A stretch of DNA of 64,000 bases from Thermodesulfobacteriota bacterium (lineage in GTDB: Bacteria > Desulfobacterota > Desulfarculia > JACQYL01), in assembly GCA_963675595.2 (NCBI GenBank), contig CAXXLZ010000002.1, forward strand, positions 832,001 through 896,000, given 5' to 3'. Made by a program: the position numbers and the translations under genes. Each line of letters opens with the position of its first letter. Position 1 is the first letter of the stretch. The notes under the pieces are model-generated. The model was not told the DNA's origin. It did not search any database and saw only the letters and a list, made by a program, of their open reading frames with translations. Positions 42,099 to 51,559 of the stretch are shown piece by piece.

Positions 42099-42822
42099 TC
42101 TTTTCGAGACCGAACTCGACAGATACCTCCACGACGAGATGACCGACGAGCAGGAGGAGAGGTTTCTGCGTGCGTGCGAGTCGAACCCAACGTACGAGAA
42201 GAAGGTAACCTATGCGCTCTATTTGAGGAACCTGCCGCTGCATGAGGTTTCCCACCGATACGAGCAACCGCTCGAAAAAGGCTTCGTGTTTGATGACGAA
42301 GACGAAAAACGCAGGGCAAAAGAAGAGATTGAAGAAGCCATTCAGGACGGGTGTTTTGATCTCGCGAAAGAACTCTGCACCGCTGCCCTCGAACTCTGGC
42401 CGTATGATTCGGGCTTCGAGCAGCTGCTCGGGCGGGCGGCTACCGCCGGACAGATCGATAAGTCCTCCGGACCCCGCTCTGAAATCCTCCTGATGTTTGG
42501 AAAAGAAGTCTTCGAACGCTTTACGTTGCCGGAAGCCAAGGATCAAGAAATCGAGTACGAGATTCCTAACCCTTGCGACGTTTCTTTGGCCTACGAAAGC
42601 GGAACGGTGATTTGGAGCGCCGGGTTGTCGCCCGAAACACTGTTCATATACGACCAATCCTCCACACGATCAGGAAAAGCCTCGGATGACAAGGACGCGC
42701 CCGAGACAGAGGAGGGAACGCCGTCTTTTGAGAAGGAACTGCTCGGCGGGAGGATCGTCGTGAGGATTTATAAAGGCCGTGTTTCGGGCAAGCTCAGGAT
42801 TCGCTTGAAGTCATCCGAGTGA
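42070..42822 (+). CDS. putative soluble anti-sigma factor
   Basis: N-terminal LDRYLHDEMTDEQEERFLRACESNP..V resembles an anti-sigma domain without Zn ligands; one TPR-like hairpin; no TM segment; overlaps the sigma gene by 29 nt. Confidence 0.55.
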   Translation: MQSTYRLTDSLFETELDRYLHDEMTDEQEERFLRACESNPTYEKKVTYALYLRNLPLHEVSHRYEQPLEKGFVFDDEDEKRRAKEEIEEAIQDGCFDLAKELCTAALELWPYDSGFEQLLGRAATAGQIDKSSGPRSEILLMFGKEVFERFTLPEAKDQEIEYEIPNPCDVSLAYESGTVIWSAGLSPETLFIYDQSSTRSGKASDDKDAPETEEGTPSFEKELLGGRIVVRIYKGRVSGKLRIRLKSSE

Positions 42823-43006
42823 TACACCAAATAGAGGCCTGACAAGACCACCAGACTCGTATGCAGGGAGCCCGCACGAGTGACGATAACTCGCCCGAAT
42901 CAAAGCCCTGCTCGCATAGGCAACCAATCTGATCTCATGTTTTTGATGTCGCCGAATTTTGGCTCAAATCCAGCAAACCTGCCCCTTTCTGCAACGGACA
43001 AAGCAC

Positions 43007-46000
43007 ATGACCGATGAATTTATCGATAAGTTACAGAAGATTAGCGAGATTGCGGGAGAGTTGTACAACCAAGGGAAGTACCTGGAAGCCGTTCCTCTTG
43101 CACTGGAAGCGTCGGCCTTGATCGGAGAACATTTAGGCGAGGATTCCGAAGAATATGCGGACAGCCTGAACAATGTAGCCTTTCTCTACAAATCCTTGGG
43201 CGTCTATGACAAGGCTGCCCGCTATTATCGTTCGGCGCTGGACATAAAACGACAAGTTCTGGATGAAGACGACCCGGATATCGCAGGAAGCATCCACAAT
43301 CTGGCATCCGTGTACCGAGCGGCCGGCAATTATACAGAGGCGGAGCCCCTACTTCGGGAGGTTCTGGAAATCCGTCGCAAGGTTTTAGGAGAAGAGCACC
43401 CGGAGCTGGCTGCAAGCATGAATAACTTGGCGGCTCTCTATGCAACCACCGGAGAATATGCGAAAGCCGAACCGCTGTACCGCCAAGCCCTGGAGATTCG
43501 AAGAAAGGCCTTAGGAGAGCATCACCCAAAGTTCGCGATCGGCCTGAACAACTTGGCGGAGCTTTACGAGTCCATGGGCAGGTTGGGGGAAGCTGAACCG
43601 TTATACAGGCAGGCGATCCAAATCTGGACAGAAAACTCAGCTGAAGATCACCCACAATTTGCCGTCGGATTGGACAATTTCGCAGGACTCTGTGAAACCC
43701 TGGGAAGGTATGCCGAGGCTGAGCCCCTATACCTGCAGGCTTTGGATATCAGACGCAAAAACTTGGGAGAAAACCATCCGGATTACGCAACCGGTCTCAA
43801 TAACTTGGCAGGGCATTATGAGTCCATGGCCAGGTACGAAGAAGCCGAGCCCCTTTATCAGAGAGCCATAGATATTTGGCGACAGACCATTGGCGAGGAC
43901 CATCCTCAGTTTGCCGCGGGCTTGAACAACCTGGGGTATCTTTACTTTTCATTGGGAAGATACGCAAAAGCGGAGCCTCTTTACCGGCAGGCACTGGAGA
44001 TTCGAAGAAGAATCCTAGGGGAGGATCATCCGGATTTCGCAGTCACCCTGAACAACCTTGCCTCTCTCCAAAACGCCATGGCCAACTATGCCGACGCTAT
44101 TCCTCTATATCGCCAAGCTCTTGACAAGTGGCGAATATCCTTGGGAGAAGAACATTCTCATTTTTCGGCCGCCCTGAATAACTTGGCAATAGCTTACCAA
44201 TTCTTGGGCCTTCACGAGGAAGCGGAGCCTCTTTTCCGACAGGTCTTGGATATTAGAAAGAGAGTTCTGGGTGAAGATCACCCGCAGTATGCGGATGCCC
44301 TGAATAACCTTGGCTTGGTTCATGGGTCCAAGGGAGACTACGCTGAATCTGAACGGCTGTACCGTCAGGCTCTGGAAATCCTGCGAAAGTCCTTACCGGA
44401 AGATCATCCTCGAATGGCGTCCGGTCTGAACAGTCTGGCAATGCTTTACGTCTCCATGAACGACTTCAAGAAAGCGGAGCCACTATTCCGTCAAGCCTTG
44501 GAAATCCGAAGCAAATCCTTCAACGAAAACCACCCGGATGTTGCGGACAGCCTCACCAACCTCGCTTTTCTCTACAGCTCCATGGGCGAGCACGGGAAAG
44601 CTCACCCGCTGTACAGCCGGGGGCTGGAAATTCGGAAGAAAATTTACGGAGAAGAACACCCGGATGTTGCAAACAGCCTGAACAATCTGGCATCCAATCA
44701 TTGTTCAACGGGGGATTACGAAGAAGCAGAGCCGTTCTACCTGCTGTCCCTCGAAATCAGGCGCAAAATCCTGGGAGAAAATCATCCTGATTATGCCGCA
44801 AGCCTGAACAATCTGGGCTTCCTTTATCGATCCATGGGAAGACACGAAGATGCCGAACCGCTTCACAGAAAATCCATAGAGATCCTCCGGAACGCTTTGG
44901 GCGAGTCGCATCCGAATTTTGCGCAAAGTCTGCAGAACCTATCCGTTCTTCTCGCTGCATCGGGCGACATTGATGAAGCATTGCAACATCTCGACCGAGC
45001 CTGCCGAATTCAGGACAAGCTGATCGGCCGGATTTTTTCGTTTTCTTCAGAAAGCCAACGCGCGGCCTATCTCGCCTCCACAAGGAGGAACTTCGACTGC
45101 TTCTTTTCAATGATCTGGAGATATCTCTCCGATTCTCCGAAGGCGCTGCAAAGCGGAATCAATTTGGCTTTTCGCCGGAAAGGCATGCTGTCCGAATCCC
45201 ATGCGGTGCAGCGGGATGCCGTGCTTGGAGGTCGCTATCCGCACCTGAGAGACAAGTTGAATGAGCTGAGAATCGTGCGGAATCAGATTACGCAAAGAAC
45301 GCTCGCGGGTCCCGGCGAAGACGGAATTGAGGAACACCGAAAACTCCTTTCAGATTGGGAATCTCAAACAGAGCGAATCGAGTCCGAGTTGGCCCGTGAG
45401 ATTCCCGAAATGAATCTTGAGGATAGGCTCTCCCTGGCGGATTGCAGTGCCGCGGCCGTGTGCCTGAAGAAAATCACTGCAACCCTGGTGGAATTCGTGA
45501 GATTTGACCCCTTTGATTTCACTGCTGTTCCTGCACGGGGAGAGAAGTCCTGGAAGCCGGCCCGGTACCTTGCATTTGTTCTGGAACCAATGACGCCGGA
45601 CCAAGTACGGATGATAGATTTGGGTGAGGCGGAACCCATTGACCGGCTGACAAATCGATTTCGATCAGCCATTTCAGATGAAGCCGGCAAAGAAGAAACC
45701 TCGGACCAAGTTCCGTCTTTGATCACTTCAACTGGAGAGCAGTTGCGTAAAGCGGTATTCGATCCCCTGATCGAGGCATTGGGGGGTCGGAACCGCGTCG
45801 TTTTCGCTCCGGACGGGGACTTGTCGCGCGTCCCATTCGAAGCTCTTCCCAATGGTCACGGTGGGTTCCTCATAGACGATTACGCGTTCAGCTATGTCGC
45901 AGTGGGACGAGATGTGCTGCGTTTCAGTCGAAAATCCTTTGCCGAACCGTTGCCACCTGTAGTGGTGGCTGATCCGGATTTCAATCTGGGTGGTAAGCCG

Positions 46001-46765
46001 CGGCCGAAAGAAAAGAAGATAACTTTTGATCGCCATTCCCGTGACCTGGATCGATCGGGATTCACCAGATTGCCCGAGACTCGGGATGAAGGAGAGTATT
46101 TAGCATCGAAATTCGGGGTCATACCTTGGCTGGGTGCTTTGGCTTTGGAACGAAGTGTGAAGGCACTTCGATCTCCCAGCGTGCTGCATGTCGCTACGCA
46201 CGGTTTCTTTTATCCGGATCAGAAAGAAGACCCGAACGAGCAGACTCGAGGTATAGAGTCTACTGCGATCGGCAAAATCAGAGGGGTAGGCAGATTTTCG
46301 TTGCCCAACCTGGAAAATCCCTTGCTCCGTTCGGGCTTGGCTCTTGCCGGCGCCAACACTTGGCTCAAGGGACAGGACCCTCCGGAAGAGGCTGAGGACG
46401 GGCTTCTCACAGCTGAAGACGTCACCGGCATGGACCTTTTGGATACCGAACTGGTGGTGCTTTCCGCCTGCGATACCGGACTCGGCGATGTTCATATCGG
46501 CGAAGGGGTTATGGGTCTTCGACGTTCCTTCATCCTTGCAGGGGCCAAAACGCTGGTGATGAGTCTATGGAAGGTACCGAGTGAAGAGACAAAGCTGCTC
46601 ATGAAGGAATTCTACGACAGGCTTCTTGACGGTGAACCACGCGCAGAGGCTCTGCGTCAGGCCCAACTCGCTAGGAAGGCCAAACACCCGAACCCTTATT
46701 ATTGGGGAGCGTTCATCTGCCAAGGTGATCCCTCGCCGATAGAGGCATTCAATCAGCCAAAGTGA
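43007..46765 (+). CDS. TPR-repeat CHAT-domain (caspase-fold) protease
   Basis: About 16 42-aa TPRs (LNNLA..Y...G.Y..AEPLY.QALEI....LG..HP); APDGDLSRVPFEAL; VLHVATHGFF (His); VVLSACDTG (Cys); SLWKV; HPNPYYWGAF; no signal peptide. Confidence 0.95.
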   Translation: MTDEFIDKLQKISEIAGELYNQGKYLEAVPLALEASALIGEHLGEDSEEYADSLNNVAFLYKSLGVYDKAARYYRSALDIKRQVLDEDDPDIAGSIHNLASVYRAAGNYTEAEPLLREVLEIRRKVLGEEHPELAASMNNLAALYATTGEYAKAEPLYRQALEIRRKALGEHHPKFAIGLNNLAELYESMGRLGEAEPLYRQAIQIWTENSAEDHPQFAVGLDNFAGLCETLGRYAEAEPLYLQALDIRRKNLGENHPDYATGLNNLAGHYESMARYEEAEPLYQRAIDIWRQTIGEDHPQFAAGLNNLGYLYFSLGRYAKAEPLYRQALEIRRRILGEDHPDFAVTLNNLASLQNAMANYADAIPLYRQALDKWRISLGEEHSHFSAALNNLAIAYQFLGLHEEAEPLFRQVLDIRKRVLGEDHPQYADALNNLGLVHGSKGDYAESERLYRQALEILRKSLPEDHPRMASGLNSLAMLYVSMNDFKKAEPLFRQALEIRSKSFNENHPDVADSLTNLAFLYSSMGEHGKAHPLYSRGLEIRKKIYGEEHPDVANSLNNLASNHCSTGDYEEAEPFYLLSLEIRRKILGENHPDYAASLNNLGFLYRSMGRHEDAEPLHRKSIEILRNALGESHPNFAQSLQNLSVLLAASGDIDEALQHLDRACRIQDKLIGRIFSFSSESQRAAYLASTRRNFDCFFSMIWRYLSDSPKALQSGINLAFRRKGMLSESHAVQRDAVLGGRYPHLRDKLNELRIVRNQITQRTLAGPGEDGIEEHRKLLSDWESQTERIESELAREIPEMNLEDRLSLADCSAAAVCLKKITATLVEFVRFDPFDFTAVPARGEKSWKPARYLAFVLEPMTPDQVRMIDLGEAEPIDRLTNRFRSAISDEAGKEETSDQVPSLITSTGEQLRKAVFDPLIEALGGRNRVVFAPDGDLSRVPFEALPNGHGGFLIDDYAFSYVAVGRDVLRFSRKSFAEPLPPVVVADPDFNLGGKPRPKEKKITFDRHSRDLDRSGFTRLPETRDEGEYLASKFGVIPWLGALALERSVKALRSPSVLHVATHGFFYPDQKEDPNEQTRGIESTAIGKIRGVGRFSLPNLENPLLRSGLALAGANTWLKGQDPPEEAEDGLLTAEDVTGMDLLDTELVVLSACDTGLGDVHIGEGVMGLRRSFILAGAKTLVMSLWKVPSEETKLLMKEFYDRLLDGEPRAEALRQAQLARKAKHPNPYYWGAFICQGDPSPIEAFNQPK

Positions 46766-46851
46766 GTCAGGAGACTTCTGCCAACTCGGAACCTCGATGA
46801 AGTAAAAGAAACGAATAGGAAGAACGAGTTTCTATTCCCGATGATCCAGCC

Positions 46852-46880
46852 TTGACATCCCTCCTTGATCTTCCTACAAT
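46852..46880 (+). promoter_or_regulatory. near-consensus sigma70 promoter
   Basis: TTGACA-N17-TACAAT, 72 nt upstream of the CDS at 46953. Confidence 0.65.
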
Positions 46881-46952
46881 CAAGCCATAACCATCCTAAA
46901 CTATTGAGTAAAATATAACTTATTATATTTTAGCAATGGGAAGGAGAGTGCC

Positions 46953-47570
46953 ATGTGTCGGTCGTCATGCTCATTGATTGCCCTGTTTATCCTCTTGCTT
47001 TGCCCAAACCAGGGCGTTGCTTTTGACGGTTTCGAGGTTGTCGGCGTCGGGACGGAACCGGCGGCTGCCCTCAGGGACGGTATCAGGCAGATAGGGGAAC
47101 TTTTCGGCGGCGTTGAAATCTTTTCCGAGTCCGAAGCCAATGACTTCGTCATCAAGCACGACCGCATCAAAACCAAGTCGCATTTCACAGGCTCCAAGCT
47201 CGACCGATTCTTTCAGGGATTCACGAACCGGGACGGACTCTGGCATGCGCACTTCGTCTTCCCCGAACAATTCGTAAACGCTGTTCAATCAAGGCCGAGA
47301 GATACCGGCGCTTCGAACCTCTCCATCGATTGGCATGCGATCTCCTACCAAAGCCGCTACGCAGACAGCTTCGGCGAAGTGAAATCGAAATCCTACGCTG
47401 TCCAAATCCCGGCCTGGTACCGGGAACTGATCGATGACAACGTGATGAGGACCGACAAAATAGGCCCCATCGCTGGAACGCTTGCAGGCCTGACCCTCGT
47501 TTCCGCCATCCTCACCATCGCGGGCCTTGCCTGGAGAAATGCCAGAAGAGAAACGCGGTTTCCTCGATAG
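46953..47570 (+). CDS. exported protein with C-terminal TM anchor (LPP20/FlgT-N-like motif)
   Basis: Signal peptide; GVG....AALRDG......GVEIFSESEANDF....DRIKTKS pattern; C-terminal hydrophobic helix followed by RR. Confidence 0.6.
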   Translation: MCRSSCSLIALFILLLCPNQGVAFDGFEVVGVGTEPAAALRDGIRQIGELFGGVEIFSESEANDFVIKHDRIKTKSHFTGSKLDRFFQGFTNRDGLWHAHFVFPEQFVNAVQSRPRDTGASNLSIDWHAISYQSRYADSFGEVKSKSYAVQIPAWYRELIDDNVMRTDKIGPIAGTLAGLTLVSAILTIAGLAWRNARRETRFPR

Positions 47571-47670
47571 CAAAACTGATCGTAGAACGCCCTATATCTC
47601 GCCTTTCCCGGCGGTCATCTCCACCGACATCCGAAAACTATTTATACCCGCGCCTCCCCGGTGATCCGGT

Positions 47671-48843
47671 ATGGCCGGCGGCGCATTCGATGAAGTCTGG
47701 GAACTCCTTTCAATATTCGATATCCCGTACATTTACGACCGCTACGCTGTGGGAGTCGATTTCGTCCTCGCTTTCCTCTTCTTCCTGGGAGTCAGCCAAG
47801 TCACTCTCGGCAAGCGTTTCACAGGCAAAGGCGGGACCCTTCTCACAGTCGCTGTATCGCTTCTCTTGTCTGTAGGATTATCCGTCGCTGAATCACGGCT
47901 CAGTTTCAGCCTCGCTTCCTTCGGCCCGATCGCAATCTTCTTCCTTCTTTTCATCGTTGGCTTGGTGCTGTATCAACTCACCCGGCACCTGGGTTTCCAT
48001 GCGTCGACGGCTTTGTCCCTCGCGTTCGTTATGACCTATTTCTCGATCCAGGCAGTGTCGCCGTCCATCATGGAGTTTGTCCACCAAAGGGCGCCCTGGC
48101 TCAGGACCACGCTCTTCTTAGTCTTCGTGTTCGCAGCTGGAAAGCTCCTCTATTCGATCTTTCACACGATCTTTTCCAGAAGGTCGATCACGTCCCTCGC
48201 ATCCAAGATTGAAGCAAACCCTGAATTCACCCAACAGATTGATCGGGATGTCGAATTCGAGGAACAGGAGAACAAATCCTCGAAGAAACAGGAAAAACTC
48301 TCCAAGAAAAGCCGGGGAAATTCAGAAGAGATCATCCAACGCATCCTATCGATTCTCAGGATTCTTGAAACCGAAGGAGTGACGCCTTTCGCGAGGAAGA
48401 AGATCGCGGACAAATTGGTCTCCATCGCGGATTCGGAACACCAAATCGAAAAGCGAATCAAAAAGCTCGAGTCCGCCAACACCGATCTCAAGCGAGTCGA
48501 TACCGACCATCTCACCCAACTCAGAGACCGGATGGCCAGAGCCCAGGGCAAAGAAAAGGAAAGGCTTCAAAGGGAAATCGAACTGGAGAACGAAAAACTC
48601 CGACTTCACCAAGCAGTCGAAGCCCTCGGCCAACGGATCGCCGCTTTGATGGAGGAGTTCAAGGCTTCTCTCCGATCAGCAGCCGAACTTATCGGGCGGT
48701 CAGCCTATCCTCTGGATGCCCGGCCTTACTTGCAGCGAGCAATCCAGATCGACGAGGAGGTTCGGCGGGAGCTTGACGTGATTCAAGATTTTGAGGAAAA
48801 GATAGGCAAATTCGCGCGCGAGGCGAAGAAAAGCGCCAAGTAA
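47671..48843 (+). CDS. multi-pass membrane protein with long C-terminal coiled coil
   Basis: About five hydrophobic helices in residues 25-165, then an E/K/R-rich heptad-like tail. Confidence 0.75.
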   Translation: MAGGAFDEVWELLSIFDIPYIYDRYAVGVDFVLAFLFFLGVSQVTLGKRFTGKGGTLLTVAVSLLLSVGLSVAESRLSFSLASFGPIAIFFLLFIVGLVLYQLTRHLGFHASTALSLAFVMTYFSIQAVSPSIMEFVHQRAPWLRTTLFLVFVFAAGKLLYSIFHTIFSRRSITSLASKIEANPEFTQQIDRDVEFEEQENKSSKKQEKLSKKSRGNSEEIIQRILSILRILETEGVTPFARKKIADKLVSIADSEHQIEKRIKKLESANTDLKRVDTDHLTQLRDRMARAQGKEKERLQREIELENEKLRLHQAVEALGQRIAALMEEFKASLRSAAELIGRSAYPLDARPYLQRAIQIDEEVRRELDVIQDFEEKIGKFAREAKKSAK

Positions 48844-49642
48844 GGGATGATTTGACCTTTAGGCAATCAGGATATCGAAAGGCATTCAACGTGTACTCAA
48901 GTCATCATTGGAAGCATATACCCATGAATAGACGGGATCTGTCTTTTTTGAATTCAACCTAACCAAATTAAGCAAAATCATGTAAAAGAGTCATTTGCCC
49001 TAAAACTGCTCCGTGTTAAAATAATTTTCCGATTCAAGTATTCTCATGCCTTAGCCTTCGTTATCCCGAAAACCGTGCGATTCCGTGGAAATCGTGCTCA
49101 TGAAGGTAGATTCATTGCCAAACCGGATCCAAGAAATAGGCTTCTCGACGAGAACGGATTTCTGATGGGTCCCGGATTTTAGGAGGGCAAAGACCTTTAC
49201 ATTTTGGATTGCTCGAGGAAGGTCATTTCGATTTCTTTTGTCGACGAGAATTACCAAATCCGGGCATATTCTATCGGTTCGACGTTTCGTTACAGGCAGC
49301 CGAACAGAATCCCGGTATATTCCAACAAATGAAGTTTCGCCCAAAGTGTTAGACACCTGGAAGGGATGGCTCTTTCCTGATCTTTCGAAAAAAAGGGGGG
49401 CCAAATCGATCCCAACGTCTTTCTCGTTCCGGGACGGCGGTCACGGTTTTATCCGACGGGGAGGCGCGTGAACTCCAGCCAAACTGCGTCGAACCCTGTT
49501 GAGTCCGAATCTTGCCTCTTGACTTGTGGCGTTCCGGCTGTTTTATCTGTAACGCATTCAGCTGAGGCCACCTCGTTTTTCCGTTGACCTTGCTGAAAAT
49601 ATCGAAAAGCCCTGTTCGGGCGACAAATTGAACGAGGTCCTC

Positions 49643-51559
49643 ATGAAGCGACTCCTTCCCTTGTTCCTCCTTATGCTGATGCCGGCGGTGTTGGCGCCGT
49701 TCGCCGTTTCGGGCGCCGAACGCGGCATCGGCGTGACCCTTCGCCCGCCACAGGGACAACCCTTCCGCCTGTACGAAGACTCCTACGCCCTGGTCGTGGG
49801 AAACGGCCGCTACACCAAAGGCTGGGACCCGCTGCCCGGTGCCTTGCAGGACGCCGACGACGTGGCCGCGGCCCTGGAACGAAACGGCTTCAGCGTCACT
49901 TTGAAGAAGGACCTGACCAGGAGCGCCTTTCAAGGGGCCTTGAGCGAATTTTCCACGAAGTTCGGCGCGAAGCCGGAGAACCGGCTGCTGTTCTATTATG
50001 CCGGGCACGGATACACGCAGACGCTGTCCACCGGGGAGGAACTGGGCTTCCTGGTCATGACGGACGCGCCGGCCCCGGATCAAGACCCTTACGGTTTTCG
50101 ACTGGCGAGCGTGGACATGCAGTCCATCGTAACCGAGGCCCGCATCATGAACGCCAAACACGTGCTGTTCATGTTCGACAGCTGCTTTTCGGGGTCCATT
50201 TTGAACCTGCGGGAGCGAGTGGTTCCCCAGACCGTGTCGGACAACGTCAAGTATCCGGTTCGGCAGTTTATCACGGCAGGCCGGGCCAATGAACCGGTGC
50301 CCGACCACAGCGTATTCAAGCAGGCGTTTCTGAACCTGCTGGAAGGCAGAGAGCGCGAACCCATACCCGACGGCTACATCACCGGTGAAGAACTGGGCCT
50401 GTTTCTCAAGAACAAGGTTCCGGAGTACAATCCGGCCCAGCATCCGCAGTACGGCAAGATTCGCGATCCCCGGTTGGACCAGGGGGATTTCGTCTTTCTG
50501 GCGCAGCAGGGGGCCGAATGGAGCGAGCCGGAACCTCCGGGTCCCAAGCCGGGCCGGTTGTACGTGCGGACTGTTCCTTCCAACGCCGCGGTGCGGCTCC
50601 TGAACATCGCGCCTCGGTTCAGCCAAGGGATGGAACTGGCCGCCGGGCGGTATCATCTGGAGGTCTCGGCGGAAGGATATGAAGAGCACGAGGAATGGAT
50701 CGACTTGGGCGCCGGGGAGGACCGGGACGTGGAAATCCGGCTGACGGCCGTTCCGAAACAGGCCCCGCCGGCAGCCGATGCAGTACCCGGAAAGACCTGG
50801 ACCGAACCGGTCACCGGCATGGAATTCGTGTATGTGCCCGGCGGCTGTTATGAAATGGGCAGCCCGTCCGGGGAAAAGGATCGGGATTCCGACGAGGGTT
50901 TGGTGCACGAGGTCTGCGTGGACGGGTTCTGGATGGGCAAGACCGAGGTGACCAACGGGCAATTTCGCAAGTTCAAGGGTGGTCACGACAGTGGAGACTA
51001 TCAGGGGAACTCCCTGAACGGTGATGATCAGCCCGTGGTGGAAGTATCCTGGGAGGAGGCCAAGGCCTTTGCCCAGTGGTTGACGCGTCAAGGCGGGGGC
51101 GGCGGGTCCTTCCGGCTGCCCACGGAGGCGGAATGGGAAAACGCCTGCCGGGCCGGGACACGAACGGCGCGGTTCTGGGGGGATGATCCCGACGAGGCGT
51201 GCCGATATGCCAATGTGGCCGACCGGACGGCGAAGCGCAGATGGTCGGATTGGACGATTCACGACTGCGACGACGGCTACGCGGTGACCGCACCGGTGGG
51301 AAGTTTCCGGCCCAATGCTTTCGGAATCTACGATCTGTTGGGGAACGTGTGGGAGTGGTGCGAGGATTGGTATGACAAGGACGCCTACTCCAAACACGCT
51401 CGGAATAATCCTATAGTTGACGCAAGCGGCTCCAACCGCGTCGGCCGCGGCGGCAGCTGGGACCTCGGCCCGAGGTTCGTTCGGTGCGCCAATCGCTACT
51501 TGATTTCGCCCGGCGACGGAAACTTCAACCTCGGGTTCCGCCTCCTCAGGACGGATTAG
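49643..51559 (+). CDS. secreted caspase-family (C14) + PEGA + FGE-sulfatase/C-lectin-fold protein
   Basis: Signal peptide; ALVVGNGRY, YYAGHG (His), FDSCFSG (Cys); TEVTNGQF, FRLPTEAEWE, GNVWEW, RVGRGGSW...GFRL. Confidence 0.92.
   Translation: MKRLLPLFLLMLMPAVLAPFAVSGAERGIGVTLRPPQGQPFRLYEDSYALVVGNGRYTKGWDPLPGALQDADDVAAALERNGFSVTLKKDLTRSAFQGALSEFSTKFGAKPENRLLFYYAGHGYTQTLSTGEELGFLVMTDAPAPDQDPYGFRLASVDMQSIVTEARIMNAKHVLFMFDSCFSGSILNLRERVVPQTVSDNVKYPVRQFITAGRANEPVPDHSVFKQAFLNLLEGREREPIPDGYITGEELGLFLKNKVPEYNPAQHPQYGKIRDPRLDQGDFVFLAQQGAEWSEPEPPGPKPGRLYVRTVPSNAAVRLLNIAPRFSQGMELAAGRYHLEVSAEGYEEHEEWIDLGAGEDRDVEIRLTAVPKQAPPAADAVPGKTWTEPVTGMEFVYVPGGCYEMGSPSGEKDRDSDEGLVHEVCVDGFWMGKTEVTNGQFRKFKGGHDSGDYQGNSLNGDDQPVVEVSWEEAKAFAQWLTRQGGGGGSFRLPTEAEWENACRAGTRTARFWGDDPDEACRYANVADRTAKRRWSDWTIHDCDDGYAVTAPVGSFRPNAFGIYDLLGNVWEWCEDWYDKDAYSKHARNNPIVDASGSNRVGRGGSWDLGPRFVRCANRYLISPGDGNFNLGFRLLRTD

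Noticed and set aside
49045-49335. Possible pseudogene (HEGRFIAKPDPRNRLLDENGFLMGPGF*EGKDLYILD...) in the AT-rich spacer
   Set aside because: It reads protein-like across one stop codon, but I recognise no family and see no clear start or RBS.
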